Assembly: GCA_016649995.1 (NCBI GenBank) | Contig: JAENWJ010000003.1 | Location: 349 to 64,348, forward strand | DNA: 64,000 nucleotides | DNA from: Peptostreptococcaceae bacterium | GTDB taxonomy: Bacteria > Bacillota > Clostridia > Peptostreptococcales > BM714 | Direction: 5' to 3' | Part shown: piece by piece, positions 37,445 through 46,866 of the stretch | How positions within the stretch are numbered: the first letter of the stretch is position 1 | How the letters are laid out: each line of letters opens with the position of its first letter | Translations under genes and position numbers: made by a program | Notes under the pieces: generated by a model | What the model was told of the DNA's origin: nothing | Seen by the model: only the letters and a program-made list of their open reading frames with translations | Database searches by the model: none

Positions 37445-38845
37445 ATGAGCAGCGGCATAAATTTTTTGGGTTCGTATTCCGGAATAGACCAGAGCACCAT
37501 CGATTCCTTGATGGAAATGGAAAAGCTTCCACTGGTGCAGATGGCGAGTCAGAAAACCGAATACGAGAGCAAGCAGGACGCCTGGAGGGATATAAACACG
37601 CGCCTCGACAGCCTGATGACCAAGGTGAGGGACATCCAGTACGATTCGGTCTACGAAGGCAAGGCGGCAACGAGTACGGATTCGGGGACGGTTTCGGCTG
37701 CCGCGACAGCAGAGGCCATGAGCGGAACCTATGAGATAGTGATAGGCCGCATTGCGACCTCATCGCGGATCATAGGGGCAAAGGTTCTCGCGGTGGGGGA
37801 GACTAACGACACCGCGCTCGGCATCGCGGGGAGCTTCACAATTACGAACGGTGACGGGTTGTTTGAAACCGTCATGGTTGAGGCTACGGACACCCTTTCC
37901 ACCATAGTGGGAAAAATAAACAACCTGAACGACACTCTCGAGGTGGCGGCGACGGTGGTGGACGGCCGTCTGGTTTTAAAGGACGACAATAAAGGAGCAC
38001 GGACACTAACCCTTGCAGATGCGGCCGGAACGCCTCTTGCATCGCTGGGTTTGGATGTTGTAGATCCTTTGGTGACATCGGAGACCGGCCTTACCGCGCA
38101 GTTTTCCATAAACGGAATCGATATCGAAAGGGATACAAACGAGATTGACGATGCCGTAGTGGGGCTTACGATAACGCTTGGCGCAGAAACGAATGTAGGG
38201 GATTCCAAGATCATAACGGTTTCAAACAACACGGCGCAGGCAATCGAAAAGGTTGAGGCATTTATCGCCCAATATAATTCGACGCTTGCATTTCTGCAGG
38301 AGAAATCCGATGCGGGGGATTCTGAAACGGCCGGAAGCGCCGGAAGCGCAGGGACGCTGGCAGGGGATTCGACGCTTCAGAGGATTATTTCAAGGCTCAG
38401 AACCATGGCGTCAAGCTCTTTTTCCGGGCTTGATTCGAAATTTTCGAACGCATCCCAGCTAGGGATTACTACAATTGACAAGGAGGGCCAGCTTCAATTG
38501 AATTCTTCGAAATTGACTGATGCCCTAGTCGAAGATGCGAAAGCAGTGAAGAACTTTTTCCATGACACGGATGCGGCTGGAAACGAAATAGGCCTGACTG
38601 CAAACTTGGAAAATTATATAAATAGCCTCATTGCGACGGGGACGGGAATAACGGAGGTCAGGGCAGACGGTCTGCAGCGTTCTTTGGACACGCTGAGCGA
38701 CCGAATCGACGCGTTCACCGACCGCATGGAGACGAGGGAGACTTATTACATCCGCATATTCACGAGGCTCGATGTGGCGCTTCAACAGGCTGAAAGCCAG
38801 ATGTCGATGCTTACGGGCCAGCTGGATTCCTTGTCTGGCTTGTAA
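37445..38845 (+). CDS. fliD: Flagellar filament cap protein FliD
   Basis: N-terminal GIDQSTIDSLMEMEKLPLVQMASQKTEYESKQDAWRDINTRL and a C-terminal coiled segment. Confidence 0.9.
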   Translation: MSSGINFLGSYSGIDQSTIDSLMEMEKLPLVQMASQKTEYESKQDAWRDINTRLDSLMTKVRDIQYDSVYEGKAATSTDSGTVSAAATAEAMSGTYEIVIGRIATSSRIIGAKVLAVGETNDTALGIAGSFTITNGDGLFETVMVEATDTLSTIVGKINNLNDTLEVAATVVDGRLVLKDDNKGARTLTLADAAGTPLASLGLDVVDPLVTSETGLTAQFSINGIDIERDTNEIDDAVVGLTITLGAETNVGDSKIITVSNNTAQAIEKVEAFIAQYNSTLAFLQEKSDAGDSETAGSAGSAGTLAGDSTLQRIISRLRTMASSSFSGLDSKFSNASQLGITTIDKEGQLQLNSSKLTDALVEDAKAVKNFFHDTDAAGNEIGLTANLENYINSLIATGTGITEVRADGLQRSLDTLSDRIDAFTDRMETRETYYIRIFTRLDVALQQAESQMSMLTGQLDSLSGL

Positions 38846-38878
38846 GTAGCTGAAGCAGTTAAAACAGGAGTGGGGTAA

Positions 38879-39244
38879 ATGCTGAATATCGACAAGGTGG
38901 ACTCTCAAATTTTGAAGCTGGTCCTAGAGAAGACAGAAAAGGATTATGTCCACAAAAAAGACAATCCCTTTGTTGATAAGGACGGGAGACACAAGGAGAA
39001 GGACAGAAAGCGGGATTCTAGCGTTCTTAGACAGGAAATTCACCGGCTCAACAAGGTATTCGAGGTAAAAGGTGTGGACATATACCTGGTAGTTGTGGAG
39101 GATGAGCCGGAAAATAGCCTGCAGATAAAGGTGTTTGAAAAATCGAGCAACTATTTGATTCGAATATTGAGCGAAGATGAGATGGACCGGATCTTGAAAA
39201 AAATCATGGGGGATTCGGGCATAATCTTCGATCGGAGAGTGTAG
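38879..39244 (+). CDS. Hypothetical protein with a FlaG-like C-terminal region
   Basis: 121 aa. LNKVFEVKGVDIYLVVVEDEPENSLQIKVFEKSSNYLIRILSEDEMDRILKKIMGDSGIIFDRRV parallels the FlaG pattern. Confidence 0.4.
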   Translation: MLNIDKVDSQILKLVLEKTEKDYVHKKDNPFVDKDGRHKEKDRKRDSSVLRQEIHRLNKVFEVKGVDIYLVVVEDEPENSLQIKVFEKSSNYLIRILSEDEMDRILKKIMGDSGIIFDRRV

Positions 39245-39252
39245 GAGGAATT

Positions 39253-39618
39253 ATGTATAATACAGCGAACGCATACAGAGTTTACGAAACCAATAATGTA
39301 ACCACGGCCTCGCCTAAAAGGCTGATAATTATGCTTTGTGACGGAGCCATCCGCTTATGCAAATTGTCGGAAATAGCAATCAGGGAAAAGAATATTGAAA
39401 AGAAAAATGAGTACCTTAAGAGGGCTCAAGCCATCCTGGGTGAGCTTTCGTTTACTTTGAATTTCGATGCCGGTGAAATAGCCAATCAATTGAGTGATCT
39501 GTATGCTTTTATGATGCGGGAGCTGGTATACGCCAATATAAAAATGGACGCGGAAAAGGTCAAGAGTGTTCGTGAGCTTCTTGAGGAATTGAGGGAAGCG
39601 TGGTCGGAGATTGTTTGA
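39253..39618 (+). CDS. fliS: Flagellin chaperone FliS
   Basis: YRVYETNNVTTASPKRLIIMLCDGAIRLCK...LSDLYAFMMRELVYANIKMD. Confidence 0.9.
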   Translation: MYNTANAYRVYETNNVTTASPKRLIIMLCDGAIRLCKLSEIAIREKNIEKKNEYLKRAQAILGELSFTLNFDAGEIANQLSDLYAFMMRELVYANIKMDAEKVKSVRELLEELREAWSEIV

Positions 39619-39634
39619 CGAGGGGGAACGAGTA

Positions 39635-40096
39635 ATGGAGCAACTGAAATTTTTGATTGGTAATTTGAAGGCTCAAACAAAGAAGTACGAGGCTTTGAAA
39701 CCGGCAATGGTCAAGGACGGGAAATCGGCGGAAGATATCTTGGAAATTCTCAAGAATAGTCAGGATATCATAGATGATATCAGCCAGCTTGCCAAAGAAA
39801 GGCGAAGGTTGGAGTACCACCTGGCTGGTTCCTTGGGACTGGAAAAGTTTGATAGAAAAGTCCTGGAGAATCGAGTGCCGGAAAATCTGCTTAAGGCTTT
39901 TGACGAGGCTGTGGCTGATTTGACGAGGGAGCTTAAAGCCATGGTTCATTGTCAGAGAGACAACATACAAGTCATTATGAAGGGAAAAGCCGATGTTGTC
40001 GAGATGTTGTCGGAAACTTCCAAGGGAAAGAAAAACTTAAAGACATATTATGTAAAGGACAGGGAGGCTTGCTTCATCGATAAAAAGTCGGAATGA
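39635..40096 (+). CDS. Hypothetical helical protein (FliT/FlgN-like position)
   Basis: 153 aa from the ATG at 39635 (SD AGGGGGAA). The call rests on context only. Confidence 0.35.
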   Translation: MEQLKFLIGNLKAQTKKYEALKPAMVKDGKSAEDILEILKNSQDIIDDISQLAKERRRLEYHLAGSLGLEKFDRKVLENRVPENLLKAFDEAVADLTRELKAMVHCQRDNIQVIMKGKADVVEMLSETSKGKKNLKTYYVKDREACFIDKKSE

Positions 40097-40349
40097 ACCG
40101 ACTTATAAAAATATTCAAGTAATTTAAATATATTTATAAAGCATTCAGGCGTTGGAATTACAAGTGAATACAGTGAAAATACAGATTGCACACAGTGTAA
40201 AAAGCAGGTTGCCATAAAAAGGACTTGCTTTTTCTATTTCTATCAGTTATCCTTGACTTTGAGCATAAGGAATAAGAATTTTATATAATTCATAATAATA
40301 AATTCAGGTGTATTGTCATTGAAATTCGATCTGATAGGAAGTGACTGAA

Positions 40350-40766
40350 ATGAGTATGCAAATCATCGGAAGTCGGGATTTTGAAATATTAAAAAAAGCT
40401 ATGGATACTGCAACTCTTAGGCAGAAAACCATAGCCAACAACATTGCCAACGTAAATACCAAGGGCTACAAGGCACAGAAGGTGTCATTCGAGGAAGCCA
40501 TGAAGTCTGCCATAGGTTCGCCGAAGGGGACTACGCTGAAGATGACTGACCAAGGGCATATGGGAACCGAAAGCAAAATAGAATCCGTTCGGCCTGAAAT
40601 CGTCAGGGATGAATCTGCATCTCAACGGATGGATGGTAACAATGTGAATATTGAATCGGAAATGGTGAACCTTGCGGCAAATCAGCTTTTGTACAGTGCT
40701 TTGACCCAGCGGATTTCCAATAAGATTTCAGTTCTGAGATATGTTATCCATGAAGGGAGAGGATAA
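40350..40766 (+). CDS. flgB: Flagellar basal-body rod protein FlgB
   Basis: [31 protein letters not shown] at 40350 after SD AGGAAG. Confidence 0.9.
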   Translation: MSMQIIGSRDFEILKKAMDTATLRQKTIANNIANVNTKGYKAQKVSFEEAMKSAIGSPKGTTLKMTDQGHMGTESKIESVRPEIVRDESASQRMDGNNVNIESEMVNLAANQLLYSALTQRISNKISVLRYVIHEGRG

Positions 40767-40768
40767 TT

Positions 40769-41203
40769 TTGAAATTATTCGATTCACTGGCTATCAGCGC
40801 TAGCGGGTTGACGGCCGAGCGGCTGAGGATGGATGTTATAGCCGCCAATATAGCCAATGCCAATACGACTCGCACAGAGGAAGGCGGTCCATACAGAAGA
40901 AAAGTGGCAGTTTTTCGAGAAAAACTACAGACTGAACTCAATAGGGATGTTTTTAAGGGAGACTGTCCGGGAACTGGCGTAGAAGCGGTTGGAATTGAAG
41001 AGGATCAAAGCCCTTTCAAACGGGTTTACGACCCTAGCCACCCCGACGCCGACGAGGATGGGTATGTGGAATTGCCAAATGTCAATCTTCTCAATGAAAT
41101 GGTAGACATGATTGCGGCCACTAGAGCTTATGAAGCAAATATTACAATCCTTAATTCAAGCAAGGCTATGTATGCTAAGGCTCTTGAAATAGGCAAAGGC
41201 TAA
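40769..41203 (+). CDS. flgC: Flagellar basal-body rod protein FlgC
   Basis: [36 protein letters not shown]...[25 protein letters not shown]. Confidence 0.95.
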   Translation: MKLFDSLAISASGLTAERLRMDVIAANIANANTTRTEEGGPYRRKVAVFREKLQTELNRDVFKGDCPGTGVEAVGIEEDQSPFKRVYDPSHPDADEDGYVELPNVNLLNEMVDMIAATRAYEANITILNSSKAMYAKALEIGKG

Positions 41204-41221
41204 TGATGATGGGAGATAGGG

Positions 41222-41509
41222 ATGAGAATAGAATCTTTACTTAATGTGGGAATTGTTTCGGGTGACAAGTCTTTAGGCGCCGACAAGGCAACATCTTTTT
41301 CGGAGACTATGAGAAAGCAATTGGAAGAGGTCAATGAGCTACAGATACAATCCGAAAAAAACTCTGAAGCTTTGGCTCTTGGCGAAACTGATGACATACA
41401 CAATGTTTTAATACAGGGCGAAGAGGCAAGATTGGCACTTGAAATGACTGTTCAGGTAAGGAATAAAGTCATCGAAGCCTACCAGGAAATCATGAAAATG
41501 CAAATTTAA
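41222..41509 (+). CDS. fliE: Flagellar hook-basal body protein FliE
   Basis: 95 aa. C-terminal LALEMTVQVRNKVIEAYQEIMKMQI. Confidence 0.9.
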   Translation: MRIESLLNVGIVSGDKSLGADKATSFSETMRKQLEEVNELQIQSEKNSEALALGETDDIHNVLIQGEEARLALEMTVQVRNKVIEAYQEIMKMQI

Positions 41510-41600
41510 TAGTTTTGGAAAGGGCAAACCAATTGAAAAATTGGGACGCAAAGTAATCGGGTCTACGGCGGTAAACGCTATGGCAGCCGGACTATAACCT
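41509..41600 (+). promoter_or_regulatory. c-di-GMP-I (GEMM-I) riboswitch aptamer
   Basis: AUAGUUUUGGAAAGGGCAAACCAAUUGAAAAAUUGGGACGCAAAGUAAUCGGGUCUACGGCGGUAAACGCUAUGGCAGCCGGACUAU. It carries GGCAAACC-stem-GAAA tetraloop-stem-GGGACGCAAAG, a second hairpin with a UAUGG receptor-like bulge, AGCCGG, and P1 pairing of AUAGU (41509-41513) with ACUAU (41591-41595). Confidence 0.85.
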
Positions 41601-41611
41601 GACAGAATACA

Positions 41612-41642
41612 GGGGAGCCTTTTATAATAGGGCTTTTTTTTG
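41612..41642 (+). terminator. Candidate riboswitch-controlled terminator
   Basis: A weak stem GGAGCC...GGCUUU is followed by an 8-nt U tract (41634-41641), about 60 nt upstream of fliF. Confidence 0.5.
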
Positions 41643-41700
41643 TGTGCTCATGTATGCCCGTCATAAGAGATAAAATAATAGAAAAAGGGAGCCATGGGAA

Positions 41701-43299
41701 ATGGAAAATCCGAAACAAATGGCTAACAGAGTGGATAAAATATGGAAAAATATGAGTAAAACCAAGCGATTAGGAGTTGCAGGATTGTGTTCTGCGTTTT
41801 TGATTGCATTGGTCGCCTATTACATATTTTTTGGACAGGTGAATTATGTACCTATCTTTCCAAACCTCGAAATGAACGATTCGGCCGACATCATCAAGAA
41901 ACTCGATGAAATGAAAATAAGCGATTATAGGATTGAGGATGAAGGCATGACCATATTGGTGCCGGAATCACAGGTGGGACGTTTACGTATCGATCTTGCA
42001 ATGGATGGGTTATTGCCTAAAAGCAGTAAGGGTTTTGAAATTTTTGACGATACAGGGTTCGCAGTCACTGACGAGGACCGCAAAATCATGTATCAGAGGG
42101 CTTTGGAGGGAGAATTGGCCCGTTCGGTCATGTCTTTGGAGGAAGTGGAGTATGCCAGGGTACATCTGGCCCTTTCGGAAGAATCGGTTTTTACCCGGGA
42201 GGCAAAACCGGGGAGTGCCACGGTGGTACTCAAGATTAATTCCCTCAATAGACTGGAGCCACAGCATATACGGGGCATTATTGCCTTGGTTTCGGGAGCG
42301 GTTAGAAATGTTCCAGAAGGGAATGTTCGGGTTATAGATACTAATGCCAATCTTCTTAGCGAAGGAATTTTTATGGACGAGTCAGAAATGTCGGCAACCG
42401 CCCTGGTCAACAGCCATCTTGCTATGGAGGCGGCATTTGAAAGTGATCTCGAGGTGGGGATTCAGAATATGTTGGAGCAGACTTTGGGGGTTGGAAATGT
42501 TCTTGTCAAAATCAATGCAGATATGGATTTTGATTCAGAGGAGACAACCATTGTCGAATATGATGATGAAAAGGTTTTAAGGAGCCAGCAGGACCGATTG
42601 GAGCGTTCCGACAGTCTAAATGCTACGGCAGGTTCGAGTCCTGTGGATAATAATCTGGAATATTATATAGAAAACCCGGATGCTGTTGCCGAAGACGGCA
42701 ATGTCAGCAACTTCGAGACGACTCGCAATTATGAAATAGGGGAGACACGGATGCATCGGATAAAGGCGCCAGGGGAGGTTCGACGGATTTCGACCTCTGT
42801 AGTTTACAATGGAACTCTTTCGCAAGATAAAGGTACGGCTATTCGTAACCTTATCGTGGCTGCTGTGGGATATGACGAGAGCAGAGGGGACCTCATCAGC
42901 GTGGAAGGAATGGCATTCGACAAAACTTATCAGAATCAATTGATTGCGGAAATGGAAGTGCAACAGGCGACAACCTTTGAGATAGAGCAGAAAAGGCAAA
43001 AATATCTGCTCTATGGCGGCATCGCCGGTGGTTTTTTGTTTTTGATTCTTTTGGCCGTAATGGTGTTGATTCTACGAAAGGGCCAAAAAGGGACCCGCTT
43101 TAGAGAAAGGCTCGATATGAACATAGGGCAACCCTTGCCGCTTGAGAATGTAATGGATAATGTCATAGAGGAGGCCACTGTGAGAATGGAATCCATGGAA
43201 GACGGGGAACTTGAAAAAAGTGTCAAGATGTATGCCGATGAACATCCGGAAAAGCTGGCGGAATTGGTGAAGACTTGGGTTTTGAAGGATGAGGTGTGA
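41701..43299 (+). CDS. fliF: Flagellar MS-ring protein FliF
   Basis: 532 aa with N- and C-terminal TM segments. YQRALEGELARSVMSLEEVEYARVHLAL motif. Confidence 0.95.
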   Translation: MENPKQMANRVDKIWKNMSKTKRLGVAGLCSAFLIALVAYYIFFGQVNYVPIFPNLEMNDSADIIKKLDEMKISDYRIEDEGMTILVPESQVGRLRIDLAMDGLLPKSSKGFEIFDDTGFAVTDEDRKIMYQRALEGELARSVMSLEEVEYARVHLALSEESVFTREAKPGSATVVLKINSLNRLEPQHIRGIIALVSGAVRNVPEGNVRVIDTNANLLSEGIFMDESEMSATALVNSHLAMEAAFESDLEVGIQNMLEQTLGVGNVLVKINADMDFDSEETTIVEYDDEKVLRSQQDRLERSDSLNATAGSSPVDNNLEYYIENPDAVAEDGNVSNFETTRNYEIGETRMHRIKAPGEVRRISTSVVYNGTLSQDKGTAIRNLIVAAVGYDESRGDLISVEGMAFDKTYQNQLIAEMEVQQATTFEIEQKRQKYLLYGGIAGGFLFLILLAVMVLILRKGQKGTRFRERLDMNIGQPLPLENVMDNVIEEATVRMESMEDGELEKSVKMYADEHPEKLAELVKTWVLKDEV

Positions 43300-43305
43300 T
43301 GAAAG

Positions 43306-44328
43306 GTGAATAAACTAACTGAATTAGAGGAATTGAACGGGGTGGAAAAAGCAGCAGTTTTGTTCATATCTTTGGGCTCGGAAAAATCCTCCAAAATTCT
43401 AAAGATGCTTCCGGAACCGATGATCGAGAAAATCACATACGGAATAGCCAATATAACCAGCGTGGAACCCAAAGTCAGAGATAGCATACTCCTGGAATTC
43501 GTGGAAATGAACAAGGCAAGGGAGCATATCCGCCAGGGCGGCATTGATTACGCCAGGGACATTCTGACCCGTGCTCTGGGAAATAAGCGGGCTCAGAATA
43601 TTATTGATAATTTGAGTCCGGTGGCCATGAATAAAAAGCCTTTTTCCATAGCTCGCGAAACAGACCCCATGCAAGTACTAAAGACTATCGTGAACGAGCA
43701 TCCTCAGACCATAGCTTTAATAATGTGTTTTCTGGAGCCTGAGAATTCGGCGCGCATTCTTTCAGAACTGCCTGATGAAGTTAAATCGGATGTGGCCTAC
43801 CGTATCGCGACTATGAACAAGACATCCCCTACGGTCATCATGCGGGTGGAGAAAATCCTCGATGGCAAGCTATCCAATGTGAAAGACAACCAATTTGAAT
43901 CCTACGGGGGAATCAAGACCATAGTGGACATCCTTAACTCAGCCGACCGATCTACCGAGAAGAATATCATCGAGGAAATGGCTAAGGAAAATCCGAAACT
44001 AGTCGAGGAAATAAAGGACGGCATGTTTGTTTTCGAAGATATCATCAGTCTTGATAGCGCATCCATTCAGAGAATGCTTAGAGAAATTGACGGCGCAGAC
44101 CTTGCTCTTTCAATCAAAGGAGCCTCTAGGGATATGGCTGAAATTATATACAAGAATCTCTCCAAGAGGGCGGTCGAAGTCCTCAAGGATGACGTCGAGT
44201 TTCTCGGACCGGTACGCCTTGTTTCCGTGGAAGAAGCCCAGCATAAAATTGTGGCGGTCATAAGAAGACTGGATGAGGCTGGAGAAATATACATGAATAG
44301 GGGGGGCGAGGATGCAATCATCTCATAA
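43306..44328 (+). CDS. fliG: Flagellar motor switch protein FliG
   Basis: GVEKAAVLFISLGSEKSSKILKML... and MFVFEDI motifs. GTG start. Confidence 0.95.
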   Translation: MNKLTELEELNGVEKAAVLFISLGSEKSSKILKMLPEPMIEKITYGIANITSVEPKVRDSILLEFVEMNKAREHIRQGGIDYARDILTRALGNKRAQNIIDNLSPVAMNKKPFSIARETDPMQVLKTIVNEHPQTIALIMCFLEPENSARILSELPDEVKSDVAYRIATMNKTSPTVIMRVEKILDGKLSNVKDNQFESYGGIKTIVDILNSADRSTEKNIIEEMAKENPKLVEEIKDGMFVFEDIISLDSASIQRMLREIDGADLALSIKGASRDMAEIIYKNLSKRAVEVLKDDVEFLGPVRLVSVEEAQHKIVAVIRRLDEAGEIYMNRGGEDAIIS

Positions 44329-45079
44329 GATATACAAAAATCGGCAAATGGATGACAGTCGAGGAATATGCCCCATACCAGTCAAAGAAAATCCGGTAGG
44401 CATCAGGGAATATTCCTTTGACGGACAGGCTGATTCCCTGATTCGTCAGACTAAACAACGGGCTGACGAACTGCTTAGGATGGCGGAGCAGGAAAGCAAG
44501 GAAATTATTTCCGCGGCAGAAGATGAAGCGTTGGAAGCTGTGGAGGAAGAGAAAAGAAAAGGCTATGAAACCGGATACAAAACCGGAGCTGAAGAAGGGT
44601 ACGGGGAAGGATGCGAAGTCGGCCGGCAAGAAGTTTTGAAGGAAAGTCAAAAAAAAATTGATGAGGCCGGAAAGATACTGAAAACAGCCCACAAGGAATC
44701 ACGTGCATATATACAAAAAACGGAAAACGAAATTATAGGCTTGGCTGTAAAAATTGCGGAAACAATCATTAAAAAAGAACTCGAATTGGACGATAGTATT
44801 ATTGTGGGGATTGCAAAGGATGCTTTGGCAGAAGTCCGGAGTATGAGCCAAATAGTGATTCGGACCGGAAAGCAGGAAGCGGTGATAATTCAGAATAATT
44901 TGACAGAACTCCAGGAACTATGTCCAAACGGCGTGTTCACGATTCTAAGGGATGAAACGGTACAGGCGGGAGGCTGTTTCATCGAAACGGACATTAACAT
45001 CATCGATGCCACCGTAGACAAGAAACTGGAGAATGTCAAACGGGTTCTTATGGAAACGGGGCAAAGGCATGGAAAATAG
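44312..45079 (+). CDS. fliH: Flagellar assembly protein FliH
   Basis: 255 aa with an E/K-rich central helix and a C-terminal domain. It lies between fliG and fliI. Confidence 0.8.
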   Translation: MQSSHKIYKNRQMDDSRGICPIPVKENPVGIREYSFDGQADSLIRQTKQRADELLRMAEQESKEIISAAEDEALEAVEEEKRKGYETGYKTGAEEGYGEGCEVGRQEVLKESQKKIDEAGKILKTAHKESRAYIQKTENEIIGLAVKIAETIIKKELELDDSIIVGIAKDALAEVRSMSQIVIRTGKQEAVIIQNNLTELQELCPNGVFTILRDETVQAGGCFIETDINIIDATVDKKLENVKRVLMETGQRHGK

Positions 45080-46382
45080 CCGACACTTCGATTTGTACCA
45101 CAAGGCACTATCGGGTAAGTCATTTTATCAAAAAATCGGGAAGGTAACTCAAGTCATAGGTTTGACCATACAGGTTGAGGGAGTCAAAAGTTTTGTAGGA
45201 GAGGTCTGCCGCATTGAAATTGACGACCATAAGCATGTATTAGCGGAAGTAGTGGGCTTCAAAAACGAAAAAGTGCTGCTGATGCCTCTAGGGGATATCA
45301 GTGGGATTGGTCCAGGTTGCAGGGTGGTTTCCACGGGCAAGTCCCTGCAGATAAAGGTTGGAGAAAATCTTTTGGGAAAAGTTCTTGACGGATTAGGAGA
45401 ACCTATCGATAAGGAATACTTGTATTTGGATAAGGAAGTAGACATCTATAGGAATCCTCCCAATCCATTGAAGCGCAAATCCATTAAAATGCCAATGTGC
45501 ACCGGCATAAGGGCGATTGACGGGTTGTTGACTTGCGGAGAAGGTCAGAGGCTAGGCATTTTCGCCGGTAGCGGAGTAGGCAAGAGCATTCTTTTAGGCA
45601 AAATCGCAAGATCCTCTAATGCCGATGTCAATGTCATTGCTCTAATAGGAGAACGAAACCGAGAATTGCGCAATGTTTTGGACAAGGACCTGGGAGAGGA
45701 TGGACTCAAGAAATCGGTTGTGATTTGCGCAACTTCGGATCAACCCGCTCTCGTCCGATTAAAGGGGGCTTTCACTGCTACAGCCATTGCCGAGTATTAC
45801 AGGGACCAAGGACTGAAGGTCATGTTCATGATGGATTCAGTTACGCGTTTTGCAATGGCGCAGAGAGAAGTGGGCCTGGCTATTGGGGAACCGCCCACTA
45901 CCAAAGGATACACTCCTTCGGTTTTCGCACTTTTACCTAAATTGCTGGAGCGGACCGGAATGGCTGAAAAGGGTTCCATTACAGCTTTTTATACAGTTCT
46001 GGTTGACGGTGACGACATGAATGAGCCCATTGCGGATGCAGTCCGGGGTATTTTGGATGGACATATTGTTCTGTCGAGGAAATTGGCGGCAAAGAATCAT
46101 TTTCCTGCCATTGATGTGCAGGAAAGTATCAGCCGCCTTATGAAGCAGATAGTGGACAAAGATTATTATGAGATGGCCGGTAGAATCCGTGACAGCCTTA
46201 CAGTTTATGAAAAAGCTGAAGATTTGATTAATGTTGGGGCCTATGTCAAAGGATCAAACCCCAAGATTGATAGAGCTATAGCTCTGAACGATAAATTGAT
46301 AGAGTTTCTTCAACAGGAAGTAGAAGAAGAGTCTTCCATGAAAGAAACCTTGGACGCCATGAAACTTTTGTTCATAAAGTAG
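45069..46382 (+). CDS. fliI: Flagellum-specific ATPase FliI
   Basis: Walker A GIFAGSGVGKS and Walker B VMFMMDSVTRFA. Start is the ATG at 45069 (MENSRH); 45033 is an alternative. Confidence 0.95.
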   Translation: MENSRHFDLYHKALSGKSFYQKIGKVTQVIGLTIQVEGVKSFVGEVCRIEIDDHKHVLAEVVGFKNEKVLLMPLGDISGIGPGCRVVSTGKSLQIKVGENLLGKVLDGLGEPIDKEYLYLDKEVDIYRNPPNPLKRKSIKMPMCTGIRAIDGLLTCGEGQRLGIFAGSGVGKSILLGKIARSSNADVNVIALIGERNRELRNVLDKDLGEDGLKKSVVICATSDQPALVRLKGAFTATAIAEYYRDQGLKVMFMMDSVTRFAMAQREVGLAIGEPPTTKGYTPSVFALLPKLLERTGMAEKGSITAFYTVLVDGDDMNEPIADAVRGILDGHIVLSRKLAAKNHFPAIDVQESISRLMKQIVDKDYYEMAGRIRDSLTVYEKAEDLINVGAYVKGSNPKIDRAIALNDKLIEFLQQEVEEESSMKETLDAMKLLFIK

Positions 46383-46394
46383 GGGAGGATTGAA

Positions 46395-46838
46395 ATGAAG
46401 GGATTCGACTATACATTGGAGAATGTGCTCAAACTTAGGATTCAAACCGAGGTTGAGCGTCTCTCTGAATTTTCGAGTGCTCAGCGAAATTACAACGAGC
46501 ATATGGAGTCCGTTGTAAAAATTGAGTCGGAAATCGATGGCATCATCGATTCTTTTCAAAAAGCGAAACCGACCCAGGTAGCATCTAGGAAGCATTACTA
46601 TTTTTATCTTGAGAATCTCCGGTTTAAGAAAGGACAACAGAATGATCTTTTGCATGAAGCTGGAAAGTTTTGCGAACGGAAACGTCAGGCTTTTGAAAAG
46701 GCTCAAATAAAGCGCAAGACAATCGAAAGCCATCGGGAAAAGCAATTGGACGTTTATAAGCTGGGGGAAAAGAAGAAAGAGGAGTGTATACTCGATGAAA
46801 TGGCTGTAATCGCCTTCAAAAGGAGGCTTGAATTATAG
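46395..46838 (+). CDS. fliJ: Flagellar export protein FliJ
   Basis: 147-aa coiled-coil protein immediately after fliI. Confidence 0.8.
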   Translation: MKGFDYTLENVLKLRIQTEVERLSEFSSAQRNYNEHMESVVKIESEIDGIIDSFQKAKPTQVASRKHYYFYLENLRFKKGQQNDLLHEAGKFCERKRQAFEKAQIKRKTIESHREKQLDVYKLGEKKKEECILDEMAVIAFKRRLEL

Positions 46839-46866
46839 AAAGTCAAAGCAAATAGGAGGTGAATAT

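Noticed and set aside
37729-38232. Numerous 60-250-aa minus-strand ORFs inside + strand genes (for example 3282-3779, 7539-8072, 37729-38232, 43011-43544, 47421-48164, 58145-58738)
   Set aside because: These are Ser/Phe/Leu-rich shadow frames of Glu/Lys-rich genes. They are fully nested in strongly supported flagellar or SMC coding regions and lack SD sequences.
40104-40288. Inverted AT-rich sequences (TTATAAAAATATTC ... GAATTTTATATAA) flanking ~170 bp upstream of flgB, as a C. difficile-style invertible flagellar switch
   Set aside because: The arms are short, imperfect and of very low complexity (pure A/T). No recombinase is nearby. This is indistinguishable from chance in AT-rich DNA.
40253-40289. 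TTGACT (40253) plus TATAAT (40284) as the flgB operon promoter
   Set aside because: The spacer is 25 nt, far from the functional 16-18 nt. No alternative -10 lies at the right distance. The flgB promoter remains unidentified.
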